Notes: a model not told the origin generated them from the letters alone. A stretch of DNA of 64,000 nt from an uncultured Candidatus Entotheonella sp. (GCA_965217185.1 OZ244252.1:544001-608000), one strand, 5' to 3'; counted from the stretch's first letter, positions 49,028 through 59,095 are shown. Numbers and translations: made by a program.

Positions 49028-49314
49028 AAGCTGTCACGTGGGTGGTCTTCGCGTTGGCCGCGGGGGTGTTGTTTTACGCCGCCAGCGATTTGCCTCGTGT
49101 TGGTGATATCGAATCGCCGGCATCGGTGCACGTGTCGCCGCGCTATATCGCCAAAAGCCACGACGAAACCGGCGCGCCGAACTTCGTCACCGGCGTGCTG
49201 GCGGACTACCGGGGCTACGACACGCTGGGGGAGACAACCGTCATTTTCACGGCCGGCTTGGCGTGCCTGCTGATTCTGGGCGTGCGCCTGGGCACTGGGA
49301 GAGGCGGCGAATGA
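49024..49314 (+). CDS. Mrp small subunit, MbhE-like
   Basis: GTG start; PNFVTGVLADYRGYDTLGE motif. Confidence 0.85.
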   Translation: MKAVTWVVFALAAGVLFYAASDLPRVGDIESPASVHVSPRYIAKSHDETGAPNFVTGVLADYRGYDTLGETTVIFTAGLACLLILGVRLGTGRGGE

Positions 49315-49745
49315 GAACGCCTTTCGGCAGCGCGGTGCTGGACGCGGCCTGTCGCTTGTTGGTGCCCTTCGTCCTGCTCTTCGCCGTGTACGTCATTGCA
49401 CACGGCCACGACAGCCCGGGCGGCGGCTTTCAGGGCGGCACCATCCTGGCTGCCGCGGTCATTCTCATCCGGCTGGTTCACGGCCAGGACGCTATTTGGG
49501 GGCTGACCCGTGTCGGCGCCTTGCGTCTGGCCTGTGGCGGCGTAGCCCTGTTCGCCGGCATCGGTTTTCTGAGCCTGCCGTTCGCCGGCAACTACCTGGA
49601 CTACGGGGTGCTGCCGCTACCGCTGGAAACGGTGAAGGTTCGGGTCGTGGGCACCCTGGGCATCGAGATCGGCGTGGCGATGGCCGTTACCGGCGTTCTG
49701 GTGCTGATTTTCGATGCCCTGACCGCCTGGGGCGAGGAGGACTGA
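49311..49745 (+). CDS. mrpB: Na+/H+ antiporter subunit B (MnhB domain)
   Basis: HGHDSPGGGFQGG, EIGV. Confidence 0.9.
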   Translation: MRTPFGSAVLDAACRLLVPFVLLFAVYVIAHGHDSPGGGFQGGTILAAAVILIRLVHGQDAIWGLTRVGALRLACGGVALFAGIGFLSLPFAGNYLDYGVLPLPLETVKVRVVGTLGIEIGVAMAVTGVLVLIFDALTAWGEED

Positions 49746-49749
49746 CGCC

Positions 49750-50115
49750 GTGTGGGAGAACCTGTCGGGCTACCTGAATTACTGGCTTGCCGCCGTGCTC
49801 TTGCTCATCGGGCTGTACGGCATGCTGGGTCGGCCCAATCTGGTCAAGAAGCTCATGGCCATGAACATCCTGCAGGTGGCGGCGATCCTGTTCTTCATTG
49901 CCCTGGCGGAAAAGACGGGAGCGACCGCCCCGATTGAGGTCAAGGGCTTGCACGACGTGAGCGCTTACGTCAATCCGTTGCCGCATGCGCTGATGCTTAC
50001 CGCCATCGTCGTCGGGGTCAGTACGACGGGTGTTGCCCTGGCTCTGCTCATCCGCATCCACCGGCATTTCGGCACCCTGGAGGAACCTGAAATTCTCGAA
50101 AGGATGCGCCTATGA
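49750..50115 (+). CDS. mrpC: Na+/H+ antiporter subunit C
   Basis: NLVKK, NPLPHALMLTAIVV. Confidence 0.93.
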   Translation: MWENLSGYLNYWLAAVLLLIGLYGMLGRPNLVKKLMAMNILQVAAILFFIALAEKTGATAPIEVKGLHDVSAYVNPLPHALMLTAIVVGVSTTGVALALLIRIHRHFGTLEEPEILERMRL

Positions 50116-51587
50116 CGGCGCATTTGCCGGTTCTGATCGTTGTCCTGCCGCTCGCGGCCGCCGTGGCCGTGCCCCTTATCGCGCTGGTGTCCGTGAAGGC
50201 GGCGTTCGCCGTCGCGTGCCTGACGCTTGCGGCTGCTGGCGTGGCCAGTTGTACGGCGTTGTCGCATGTGCTGGCGCACGGCGTTTTGCGGTACGAGCTA
50301 GGCGGTTGGGCGCCGCCGTGGGGCATCGAGTACGTCGTCGATCCGTTGTCCGGGGGTATGGCGGCCCTGATCACGCTCATCGCCGTGTGCGTCGTGGTGT
50401 ACGCCGGTCCGCGGGGCGACGGCGGCTCGGCGGCGCGCGGCGGGATGTTCCACAGCCTGTTTCTGCTCCTCGTCACCGGTCTGCTGGGCATCGTGTTGAC
50501 GGGGGACATGTTCAACCTCTACGTGTTCCTGGAAATCTCGTCGCTGGCCGCCTACGCCCTGCTGGCCTCGGGCGGCATTCGCGGCACGGTGGCCACCTTC
50601 CGCTATCTCATCGTCGGCACCATCGCTGCGACCTTCTACCTGCTGGGAACCGGCTACCTGTACGCCCTCACCGGCACGCTCAACATGGCCGACATGGCCA
50701 TGCGCCTGACGGCCGTCGTGGATGCACGGGCCTACGGCGTTGCGGTGGTGCTGATCGTCATCGGCTTGGCGATCAAGGCGGCATTGTTTCCGCTGCACGG
50801 CTGGCTGCCGGACGCTTACACGTATGCCCCGGCGCCGGTAACCGGATTTATCGCCGCGGTGATGGCGAAGGTCAGTGCGTACGCGCTGTTTCGGGTGCTC
50901 TACTTTGTGACGCCCGCCGAGGGGGCTTCGGCGCAGGTCCTGATGCTGCTGGGCTGGGTATCGGTCATTGCCGTGCTGGCGGGTTCCATCCTGGCGATGG
51001 CGCAGCAGGACATCCGCCGCATGCTGGCTTATTCGAGCGTTGGGCAAATGGGCTACATCGTTCTCGGCTTCGCCTTGGGCACCCCAACTGCGCTGATCGG
51101 CGCGTTGCTGCACCTGTTCGGCCACGCCGTCATGAAAGGCTGCCTGTTTCTGGTCGTCGGCGGTATCCGGTGGCGCACGGGCATCTACAAGATCAGCGAC
51201 TATGCCGGCATGGGCCGCCGCATGCCGTTGACCATGGCCGCGTTTGTGGTCGCGGCGCTGGCCATGATCGGGCTGCCGCCGACCTTGGGCTTTTTCAGCA
51301 AGTGGTATTTGCTCAGCGGCGCCGTCGAGGCGGGTGCCTGGCTGTTCGTGGCGGCGCTGGTGCTGAGCAGTCTGCTGGGTGTCGTGTACTTCTTCCGTGT
51401 ATTCGAATTCGCCTACCTGAAGACGCCGGAAGCGGGGCAAGGTACGCCGCCAAGACAGGAACTCCCCCTGCACATGCTGGCGCCGATTCTCGTTCTCACA
51501 GCCGCCGTGCTGGTCTTTGGTTTGTTGAACCAGCAGGTTGTGGGCGGCATCATCCGCCACGCGCTGCCGGGCGCAATGGCGCCTTAA
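50112..51587 (+). CDS. mrpD: Na+/H+ antiporter subunit D (D1)
   Basis: GGWAPPWGIE, DMFNLYVFLEI, KAALFPLHGWLPDAY, MLAYSS, FSKW. Confidence 0.93.
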   Translation: MTAHLPVLIVVLPLAAAVAVPLIALVSVKAAFAVACLTLAAAGVASCTALSHVLAHGVLRYELGGWAPPWGIEYVVDPLSGGMAALITLIAVCVVVYAGPRGDGGSAARGGMFHSLFLLLVTGLLGIVLTGDMFNLYVFLEISSLAAYALLASGGIRGTVATFRYLIVGTIAATFYLLGTGYLYALTGTLNMADMAMRLTAVVDARAYGVAVVLIVIGLAIKAALFPLHGWLPDAYTYAPAPVTGFIAAVMAKVSAYALFRVLYFVTPAEGASAQVLMLLGWVSVIAVLAGSILAMAQQDIRRMLAYSSVGQMGYIVLGFALGTPTALIGALLHLFGHAVMKGCLFLVVGGIRWRTGIYKISDYAGMGRRMPLTMAAFVVAALAMIGLPPTLGFFSKWYLLSGAVEAGAWLFVAALVLSSLLGVVYFFRVFEFAYLKTPEAGQGTPPRQELPLHMLAPILVLTAAVLVFGLLNQQVVGGIIRHALPGAMAP

Positions 51588-51608
51588 CCGACCGGAAGGG
51601 CTCCGTCC

Positions 51609-53111
51609 ATGTCCCACTATCCGCTCCTGGCCGTGCTGGTTTCCTTGCTCGCCGCCGGGGCGATTCTGCTCTCTGACCGGCGGCCGAATGTGCGCGAGGC
51701 CTGGACGTTCGCTGCTGCCGCCGTCAAGTTCCTGCTGGTGGTCTCGATGCTGCCAACGGTCCTGGCCGGCGGCGTCATCGAAGCCACCTACGCCGAACTG
51801 CTGCCCGGCTGGTCCCTGCACCTGCGCGCCGACCTGTTCGGCCTCATCTTCGCCCTCCTGGCCTCTGGCCTGTGGATTCCCACCTCCATCTATTCGATCG
51901 GCTACATGCGCGCCGGGCATTACACCCACCAGACGGGTTATTTCGCCAGCTTCGCGGTCTGTCTGTCTGCCACCATGGGCATTGCCTTCGCGGGCAATCT
52001 GATCACCTTTTTTCTGTTCTATGAGATGTTGACGCTGGCCACCTATCCCCTGGTGGTGCACGACCGCACCGAGGAGGCGGTGGCGGCGGGCAGAAAATAC
52101 CTGGCGTACACCCTCGGCGCTGGGCAGTTGCTGCTGCTGGCCATTGTCGCCATCGCAGTGGTGGCACCGGGCGAGTCATTCCAGCCGGGCGGCTTCCTTA
52201 TGGGCAAGGCGCCGCTGGGCGTGCTGGGGCTGGTGTTCGTTCTGGGGCTGATCGGCGTCGGGGCCAAGGCGGCCATCATGCCGCTGCACAGCTGGCTGCC
52301 GGCCGCCATGGTGGCGCCGACGCCGGTGAGCGCGTTGCTGCATGCCGTGGCGGTGGTCAAGGCCGGAACCTTCGGCTGCCTGCGGTTGGTGCATTACGTG
52401 TTCGGTGTCGACCTGTTGCGGGCCATGGGGGCGGACACGGTTCTGGCGGTGGCCGCGGCGTTGACTATCCTGCTGGCGTCGGTGCGGGCTCTGGGCGAGC
52501 AGAATCTCAAGCGCCGGCTGGCTTATTCCACGGTGAGCCAGCTCTCCTACATCGTTCTGGGCGCCGCCCTCGGTTCGACGGCCGCGGTGGCCGGCGCCAT
52601 GTTCCACATCGTGGCGCACGGCTTTATGAAAATCACCCTGTTCTTCTGCGCCGGGGCCATTTACATCAAGACACACAAGCTGGAAATTCCCGACTTGGCG
52701 GGCCTCGGCCGGCAGATGCCCATTACCTTCGGCGCCTTTACCCTCGGTGCGCTGGGACTGGCGGGCATGCCGTTGTGCGTCGGTTTCATCAGCAAATGGA
52801 ATCTGGGCATGGGGGCGTTGCAATCCGGCCAGGCCGTGTTTCTCGCCGTGTTTGTCGCCAGCGGCATTCTCAACTTTGCTTACTTTTTCCCCATCGTTTA
52901 CACCGCTTTCTTTGGTCGACCCGAGCAGGTCCGTCGCTTCGACGAGGTTGGCGCCGCCCTGTGGGCACCCTTGGCCGCGACGGCGGCCGTTTCGCTGATC
53001 CTGGGCGTCTATCCGAACGCCGGACTGCAGTTTTACCGCTTGGCGTGGAGCGCCGCCGAAAGCGTCATGGCCGGGGCAGGGCAGGCGCTGGCAGGAGGAG
53101 GGATGCCTTGA
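51609..53111 (+). CDS. Na+/H+ antiporter large subunit (D2, MrpA/NuoL-like core)
   Basis: FYE, KAAIMPLHSWLPAAMVAPTPVSALLHAVAVVKAG, RLAYSTVSQL. Confidence 0.9.
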   Translation: MSHYPLLAVLVSLLAAGAILLSDRRPNVREAWTFAAAAVKFLLVVSMLPTVLAGGVIEATYAELLPGWSLHLRADLFGLIFALLASGLWIPTSIYSIGYMRAGHYTHQTGYFASFAVCLSATMGIAFAGNLITFFLFYEMLTLATYPLVVHDRTEEAVAAGRKYLAYTLGAGQLLLLAIVAIAVVAPGESFQPGGFLMGKAPLGVLGLVFVLGLIGVGAKAAIMPLHSWLPAAMVAPTPVSALLHAVAVVKAGTFGCLRLVHYVFGVDLLRAMGADTVLAVAAALTILLASVRALGEQNLKRRLAYSTVSQLSYIVLGAALGSTAAVAGAMFHIVAHGFMKITLFFCAGAIYIKTHKLEIPDLAGLGRQMPITFGAFTLGALGLAGMPLCVGFISKWNLGMGALQSGQAVFLAVFVASGILNFAYFFPIVYTAFFGRPEQVRRFDEVGAALWAPLAATAAVSLILGVYPNAGLQFYRLAWSAAESVMAGAGQALAGGGMP

Positions 53112-53338
53112 AACGAATGGGGCTCGCTCTGGTTGCTGGGGTCATCGGCGTGAGCGTGGTGCTGGAAATCGTGTATCGCCATCACGGCCACCCGGTGTTC
53201 TGGTGGCAGGCGACGCCGGTGTTCGATTTCGTCTACGGAACCGTCGGATGCTTCGCGTTGGTGCTCGGCGCCAAGTGGCTGGGCCACGCCTGGCTGCAAC
53301 GTGACCACCTGTACACCGACGAGGATAAGCCGGCATGA
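53108..53338 (+). CDS. Small two-TM Mrp-associated protein
   Basis: Overlaps both neighbours (TTGA / ATGA coupling); HPVFWWQ..PVFDFVYG..GC...LQRD..Y. Confidence 0.7.
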   Translation: MKRMGLALVAGVIGVSVVLEIVYRHHGHPVFWWQATPVFDFVYGTVGCFALVLGAKWLGHAWLQRDHLYTDEDKPA

Positions 53339-55113
53339 GCGCCCTGCACCCCGCATTCGTGCTGTTCGTGACCGCCTGTGTGGCGATGGCTGCGCGCGGT
53401 GTCCTGCGGCAGATCGTTCTGCTGGCCGGGACGCTGGCAACGCTTTGGGCGACATGGGAACTCGACGCCGCCGCCAGCTTGTCGTGGGCGCTGCCCAACT
53501 ACACGCTGCACGTGTTGCACGTGGACGCCCTGAGCCACGTGTTCGGCCTTATCTTCAGTCTGATTGCCTGCATCGGCGTTCTGTACGCCTTGCACGTGCG
53601 GCGCGGCGGCGAGCACGCCGCCACCCTGGTCTACGCCGGCGGCGGCCTCGGGGTGGTGTTCGCCGGCGACTGGATCACGCTGTTCGTCTTTTGGGAGCTG
53701 ATGGCGGTGGCGTCGCTGTTCGTGGTGTGGTTTGGGGGCACGGCGAAGTCGCAGGCGGCCGGATACCGCTATTTGCTGGTGCACATTTTCGGCGGCTCGC
53801 TGTTGTTCTGCGGGATTTTGCTCCACCTGCTCCATGGCGGTGAGGTCAATCTGGCGGCCCTGACGCAAAGCGAGACGCCGGACGCGGCGTTCTGGCTCAT
53901 TCTGCTGGGTGTGGTGATCAACGCTGCGGTGCCGCCGCTGCACGCCTGGCTGACGGATGCCTATCCGGAAGCCTCGGTCACCGGCAGCGTGTTCCTCAGC
54001 GCCTTCACCACCAAGACGGCGGTTTACGTGCTCATCCGCCTCTTTCCGGGCGCCGAGGTCCTGTTGTGGGCGGGGGTGGTCATGACCCTGTATGGCGTGG
54101 TCTACGCCATCCTCGAAAACGATATCCGCCGGCTGCTGGCCTACCACATCGTCAGCCAGGTCGGCTACATGGTGGCAGCGGTGGGCATGGGCACGGCGCT
54201 GGCCCTGAACGGCAGCGGCGCGCATGCTTTCTGCCACATCCTCTACAAAGCACTGCTGTTCATGGGCGCCGGGGCGGTGATCCAGGCGACCGGCAAACGC
54301 AAGCTGAGCGATCTTGGCGGCCTGAGCGGCACCATGCCGCTCGTTTTCGGCCTGTACATGGTGGCCGCGCTGTCGATTTCCGGCGTGCCGCTGTTCAACG
54401 GCTTCACCAGCAAGTCGATGATCGTCTCAGCTGCCGCCGAAGCGCATCTGCCGCTGCCGGAATTGCTGCTGACGTTGGCAGGCGTGGGCACCTTTCTGAG
54501 CGTCGGGCTGAAGCTGCCGTATTTCACCTTCATGGGCGGCGACCGCGGCTTGTCGCCGCAGCGCCTGCCCCTCAACATGCTCCTGGCGATGGCCGTGGGC
54601 GCCTTCTTCTGCGTCTGGCTGGGCCTCTTCCCGCAGGCGCTATACGCGCGGCTGCCGTTTGCCGCCGAGTACCATCCGTTTACCGTCGATCACGTCGTTT
54701 CGTCGCTACAACTGCTGATCGGCACGGGGCTCGCCTTCTGGTGGCTGCTGGACCGGTTCCATCGCGAGACGACGGTGACTCTCGACACGGACTGGTTCTA
54801 CCGCCGGCCGCTTCAAGCCATCTTCGCTCATCTAATCGCCCTTGCGCGACAGGCCGGGACCGTCTTGGAAGCCTCCCGTGCGCGCGTTTTGCAGATGTTG
54901 CTGCCCTATGCCCGCAATCCGTATCTCGTGCCCGACAGGCTCACTGGTGCCCCCCTGCGGCTCCCACCTATTGCCGACGAAGCGTCGCCCGGCGGTGCCA
55001 CGCCGGCCCTGACGTACGACGAGAATCGCTACCGCCTGCCGATCGGTGCTACGGTGATGTGGATCGTAGTGTTCCTTGCTGGCCTGGCGCTGGTTGTCTT
55101 CGTCGCGGCGTAG
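53335..55113 (+). CDS. Na+/H+ antiporter large subunit (D3)
   Basis: FVFWELM, NAAVPPLHAWLTDAYPEA, FTTKTAVY, RRLLAYH, TLDTDWFYR. Confidence 0.9.
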   Translation: MSALHPAFVLFVTACVAMAARGVLRQIVLLAGTLATLWATWELDAAASLSWALPNYTLHVLHVDALSHVFGLIFSLIACIGVLYALHVRRGGEHAATLVYAGGGLGVVFAGDWITLFVFWELMAVASLFVVWFGGTAKSQAAGYRYLLVHIFGGSLLFCGILLHLLHGGEVNLAALTQSETPDAAFWLILLGVVINAAVPPLHAWLTDAYPEASVTGSVFLSAFTTKTAVYVLIRLFPGAEVLLWAGVVMTLYGVVYAILENDIRRLLAYHIVSQVGYMVAAVGMGTALALNGSGAHAFCHILYKALLFMGAGAVIQATGKRKLSDLGGLSGTMPLVFGLYMVAALSISGVPLFNGFTSKSMIVSAAAEAHLPLPELLLTLAGVGTFLSVGLKLPYFTFMGGDRGLSPQRLPLNMLLAMAVGAFFCVWLGLFPQALYARLPFAAEYHPFTVDHVVSSLQLLIGTGLAFWWLLDRFHRETTVTLDTDWFYRRPLQAIFAHLIALARQAGTVLEASRARVLQMLLPYARNPYLVPDRLTGAPLRLPPIADEASPGGATPALTYDENRYRLPIGATVMWIVVFLAGLALVVFVAA

Positions 55114-55199
55114 ACCTGGACAAGGTCCTTTTTAATGGGCTACCATGCTCCGCTTCAAGCCCTTCAGAGACGTCCATCCTCCCCGTAGAGAACGCCCCT

Positions 55200-55751
55200 A
55201 TGGCTGTTTCAACGAAGTTGATGACCGCCGATGAACTCCTCAAGTTGCCCGACGACGGCAAGCGTTATGAGTTGCTAGAAGGGGTCTTGAACGAGATGTC
55301 GCCGGCAGGAGCCGCACACGGATTCGTGGCATTGAATGCAGCCGTAATTCTGCGACAATTCGTGCAATCGCGGGGACTGGGAGCGGCTTTTGCTGCCGAA
55401 ACAGGGTTCGTTATTTCGACTGACCCCGATACGGTCCGCGCCCCCGATGCTGCCTTCGTTGCCGCTGACCGGTTGCCGGCAGGCGATCTTCCCACTGGTT
55501 ATCTGCGGTTGGCGCCCGACTTCGTGGTTGAAGTCGTTTCCCCCTCGGACACCGCATCCGAGCTGCAGAGCAAGGTCTGCACCTGGCTTGATGCCGGGTG
55601 CCGGCTGGTGTGGGTCGTGTACCCCGCCACGCGGTCGGTCACGGTCTACCGGTTCAGGGACGACGTGCGGGTACTGGGGGAAAAGGATATCCTGGACGGC
55701 AGCCCGGTATTCCACGGATTTAGCGCCGAGGTGCGCGACTTGTTTCGTTAA
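55200..55751 (+). CDS. Uma2 family (restriction endonuclease-like) protein
   Basis: MTADELL..PDDGKRYELLEG, RAPDAAF, PDFVVEVVSPSD, GCRLVWVVYP; true start ATG 55200. Confidence 0.9.
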   Translation: MAVSTKLMTADELLKLPDDGKRYELLEGVLNEMSPAGAAHGFVALNAAVILRQFVQSRGLGAAFAAETGFVISTDPDTVRAPDAAFVAADRLPAGDLPTGYLRLAPDFVVEVVSPSDTASELQSKVCTWLDAGCRLVWVVYPATRSVTVYRFRDDVRVLGEKDILDGSPVFHGFSAEVRDLFR

Positions 55752-55787
55752 CCTGCATCCTGATCTGCAAAAAGGAGCCCTTACGCC

Positions 55788-57002
55788 ATGGCGCAAAGCA
55801 CCGCGTTAGCGGGTATCAAAGTTCTTGATTTGACACAATTCGAGGCCGGGACCTCGTGCACCGAGGCGCTCGCCTGGCTGGGCGCCGACATTATCAAGGT
55901 CGAGAATCCTGACGGCGGCGACCAGGGGCGTAGTGCGTCCACCGACCAGGATGGCGTTGATTCACCTTATTTCATGCTGCTCAACGCCAACAAGCGCAGC
56001 ATTACCCTGAACCTGCGCACCTCCCGCGGCCGCGAGTTGTTCACGGAGATGCTGAAAAAAGCCGACATCATGATCGAGAATTTCGCCCCTGGAACGATCG
56101 AACGGCTGGGCTTTGGCTTTGACGCGGTGCAGGAGATCAACCCGCGTGTCATCTACGCGCAGATCAAGGGTTTTGGGCCGGGGCCGTACGAGAATTACGT
56201 CAGTTTCGACATGATCGCGCAGTCTGCGGGCGGTTCGCTGAGCCTGACCGGCACGCCGGAGACGGAACCGCTGAAGCCGGGTCCGACCATCGGCGATACC
56301 GGCACCGGGTTGCACTGCGCCATCGGCGTTCTGGCGGCGCTGCACCAGCGACAGCAAACCGGCAAGGGCCAGCGCATCCAGGTGGCCATGCAGGACGCCG
56401 TGATCAACTTCAGCCGCATCGCCTTCGCCCGCCAGGCGTTGAGCGGCGAGGCCGCCGTCAGGTCGGGCAACCGCAGCGCCCTCGGCACCACGGCCCCTAG
56501 CGGGCTCTACCCCTGCAAGGGCGACGGGCTGAACGACTACTGTTTCATTTACACCAGCCGCGCCGGCAATCGGCACTGGGACCGGCTGCTGAAGGCCATC
56601 GCCCGCGAGGACCTGATCGGCGACGAGCGGTTCAATTCGCCGCAGAAGCGCTGGGCCAATCACGACGAGGTGGACCGCCTGTTGACCGAATTCACCCAGA
56701 GCCGCACCAAGCGGGAAGTCATGCAGACGCTGGGCGACGCCGGGGTTCCCGCCGGCGCGGTGTATGACACGCTGGAATTGACCGAGGACCAGGCCCTGCA
56801 GGACCGGGAAATGATCGTGACTGTGGATCACCCCGAGCGGGGCAAATTCACCCTGCCGGGATGGCCGGTCAAGATGTCCGATTCCCACGTCGAGGTCGAT
56901 CGCTCCCCGCTGCTTGGCGAGCACAACGCCGAGGTCTATGCCGAATGGCTGGGCCTGTCGCCGGACGACCTGCAAGGCTTGAAGTCGCAGGACGTCATCT
57001 GA
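55788..57002 (+). CDS. Class III CoA-transferase (formyl-CoA transferase-like, CaiB/BaiF)
   Basis: VLDLT, GADIIKVE, NANKRSITLNL, ENFAPG, catalytic Asp in IGDTGTG, PLLGEHN. Confidence 0.92.
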   Translation: MAQSTALAGIKVLDLTQFEAGTSCTEALAWLGADIIKVENPDGGDQGRSASTDQDGVDSPYFMLLNANKRSITLNLRTSRGRELFTEMLKKADIMIENFAPGTIERLGFGFDAVQEINPRVIYAQIKGFGPGPYENYVSFDMIAQSAGGSLSLTGTPETEPLKPGPTIGDTGTGLHCAIGVLAALHQRQQTGKGQRIQVAMQDAVINFSRIAFARQALSGEAAVRSGNRSALGTTAPSGLYPCKGDGLNDYCFIYTSRAGNRHWDRLLKAIAREDLIGDERFNSPQKRWANHDEVDRLLTEFTQSRTKREVMQTLGDAGVPAGAVYDTLELTEDQALQDREMIVTVDHPERGKFTLPGWPVKMSDSHVEVDRSPLLGEHNAEVYAEWLGLSPDDLQGLKSQDVI

Positions 57003-57005
57003 GTT

Positions 57006-58157
57006 TTACGGCGCCGCCTCGTCCCCGCGGCGCCACACGGTGATGAGCGCCACGGCCATCATGGCGCTCGTGGTAACCAATGGAAATCCCACCGCGCCCA
57101 TCAGGGCAATGGCCGTGCCCGCCAACGGCCCGCCGGACAGCGTGCCCAGTTCCCAGATCAGGATGAAGGCCGCGTTTGCCGCGGCCATGCCGCCGCTTTG
57201 GAAACGGTTGCCCAAGAGCGTCAGCCCTACCGTGTAGAGGCCCAGGCTGATGCCGCCGCCGCAAAATGCCAGTGCGTACAGCGGCACCGTCGTCTGGATG
57301 AAAGCGTGCATGAGCACGCCGGACCCGGCTGCTGCCAAGGCCATGTAAACGGGCAGCCGGTGTCGGTCGAAGCGATCCACGGCCCACCCGATCGGCGCTT
57401 GCAAGAGTACCCCACCTATCAGATAGGCGGCGTTCAGCCACACCGCTTCCCCCTGCGTCAGCCCGGCGCTCACCCCGTAAAACGCCATGAGCACCAAGGC
57501 CGAGCCCTGCGCGATGCCCATCATCAGTGCTGAGGCCATCAGTCTTGGCGCTTGTTGTACCCGGATGAACAGGCCGGCCGTCGGCATGCCGCTCGTCGAC
57601 GGGGCGCCCTTGCGCCCGAGGGGAATCAGGATCGTTGCCGCGACCGACAGGGCGATCATGATGAAGAAGGGGCGATTACCGCTCAGGTCCAGGAAATCGA
57701 GGGACGCGGAGCCGGCCGCAGTGCCGCCGATGAAGCAGGCCACGTAGAGCGACAGAATGCGCCCGCGGCGGGCGTCGGTCGCGACCTGATTGATCCAGCT
57801 TTCACTCGATATCCAGTGCAGGGCGAGCCCAATTCCGGCGATAAACCGGCAGGCCGTCCAGGCGCCGAACCCTTGCCACCACATCATGCCGAGCAGGGCA
57901 ATGGCAAACAGGATGGCGCCTACGCCGATGGCCACCGGGTAGCCGATGCGCCTGAGAATGCGGGTGGTGACGGATGCGATGCCCAGAACCGCCACGGAGG
58001 AGGCGGCTGCGTTCAACCCGATCAGTCCTGCGGGAACGCCGAGTTCGTGCAGACGCAGCGGAACCAGCGGCAGGAACATGCCGACGGCAAACCCGAGCAG
58101 CACGTTGTTGAGCAGCACCGCTGCAATACCACGGGTTTGCTGGGAGAGGGGTGCCAT
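57006..58157 (-). CDS. MFS transporter (YcaD-like)
   Basis: About 12 TM helices, ESWIN...RGRILSLY, QAPIGWAVDRFDR; start ATG 58157. Confidence 0.88.
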   Translation of the reverse strand: MAPLSQQTRGIAAVLLNNVLLGFAVGMFLPLVPLRLHELGVPAGLIGLNAAASSVAVLGIASVTTRILRRIGYPVAIGVGAILFAIALLGMMWWQGFGAWTACRFIAGIGLALHWISSESWINQVATDARRGRILSLYVACFIGGTAAGSASLDFLDLSGNRPFFIMIALSVAATILIPLGRKGAPSTSGMPTAGLFIRVQQAPRLMASALMMGIAQGSALVLMAFYGVSAGLTQGEAVWLNAAYLIGGVLLQAPIGWAVDRFDRHRLPVYMALAAAGSGVLMHAFIQTTVPLYALAFCGGGISLGLYTVGLTLLGNRFQSGGMAAANAAFILIWELGTLSGGPLAGTAIALMGAVGFPLVTTSAMMAVALITVWRRGDEAAP

Positions 58158-58306
58158 GCGCACCAGCCTACCACAATTACCGGCGGCGAACCCGCAGCTG
58201 ACCGGCCGCGCAAACGTGCTATGCTGGCGAGGCGTATACCAGAGAGCATGCAGGCCATAAATTGATGGTCGGCGTAGCCGATAACGGTGAGGAAAGGGGA
58301 GAGTAG

Positions 58307-59095
58307 GTGGCACGATTGGCCGGTAAAGTGGCGGTGATAACGGGCGGGGCGGGCGGCATCGGCCGGGCCGTGGGCGGACTTTTCGCTGCGGAAGGCGCCC
58401 GGGTGCTGTTGGTGGACGTTAACGAAGGGGCGCTGCAGCAGGCCGTGGGTGACATCTCGGGGGACACCGTCAGCTATGCGGTGGCGGATACAACGCAGCC
58501 CGATTCGGTGCGTCAATTCTTCCAGGTGGCCGTTGAGCGATACGGCGGCGTAGACGTTTTCCTGGCCAACGCCGGTGTCGAGGGCGAGATCCATGCCATC
58601 CCGGATTACCCGGTCGAGGTGTTTGATCACGTCATGGCGGTCAACGTGCGCGCCGTCTGGCTGGGTGTCAGAGCTGCCATTCCTTTGATGCGCCAGCGGG
58701 GCGGCGGCAGTATCGTGATCACCTCATCGGTCGCCGGCATCCGCGGCTCCGTGGGCATGTCGGCCTACACGACCAGCAAGCACGCCGTCATTGGCCTCAT
58801 GCGCACCGCAGCGCTGGAGTGCGCTGCCGACGGCATTCGGGTGAACACCGTCAATCCGGCGCCCATCGAAACCCGCATGATGCGTTCTCTCGAAGAAATG
58901 CGCACCTCGCGGCTCGGCACCGATGCAACCGTGGAGAGCGTCAAGGCGTCGCATGCCGCGCGCATTCCGTTGCGGCGCTACGGCGACCCTGATGAAGTTG
59001 CGCGGTTGATGCTGTTTCTGGCCAGCGACGAAAGCCGCTTCTGCACGGGCGGCGTGTACATGGTGGACGGCGGTTCTTCGGCTGGCATGGTTTAG
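58307..59095 (+). CDS. SDR family oxidoreductase
   Basis: TGGAGGIG, NAG, YTTSK, GIRVN, VDGG. Confidence 0.95.
   Translation: MARLAGKVAVITGGAGGIGRAVGGLFAAEGARVLLVDVNEGALQQAVGDISGDTVSYAVADTTQPDSVRQFFQVAVERYGGVDVFLANAGVEGEIHAIPDYPVEVFDHVMAVNVRAVWLGVRAAIPLMRQRGGGSIVITSSVAGIRGSVGMSAYTTSKHAVIGLMRTAALECAADGIRVNTVNPAPIETRMMRSLEEMRTSRLGTDATVESVKASHAARIPLRRYGDPDEVARLMLFLASDESRFCTGGVYMVDGGSSAGMV

Noticed and set aside
50298..52061. 587-aa minus-strand ORF and similar long ORFs over mrp, uvrA and RND genes
   Set aside because: Antisense or alternate-frame shadows with low-complexity Arg/Gly/His-rich composition.
47648..55113. Membrane-bound hydrogenase (Mbh) or complex I
   Set aside because: No NiFe catalytic, NuoH-like or Fe-S subunits in the operon; only antiporter-module genes.
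54066..55199. Apparent 561-aa fusion ending in Uma2
   Set aside because: The N-terminal part is an alternative-frame read-through over the Mrp D3 gene; Uma2 homology starts at ATG 55200.
55200..55751. Uma2 gene as a defence system or mobile element
   Set aside because: Single gene with no methyltransferase, partner gene, terminal repeats or target duplication visible.
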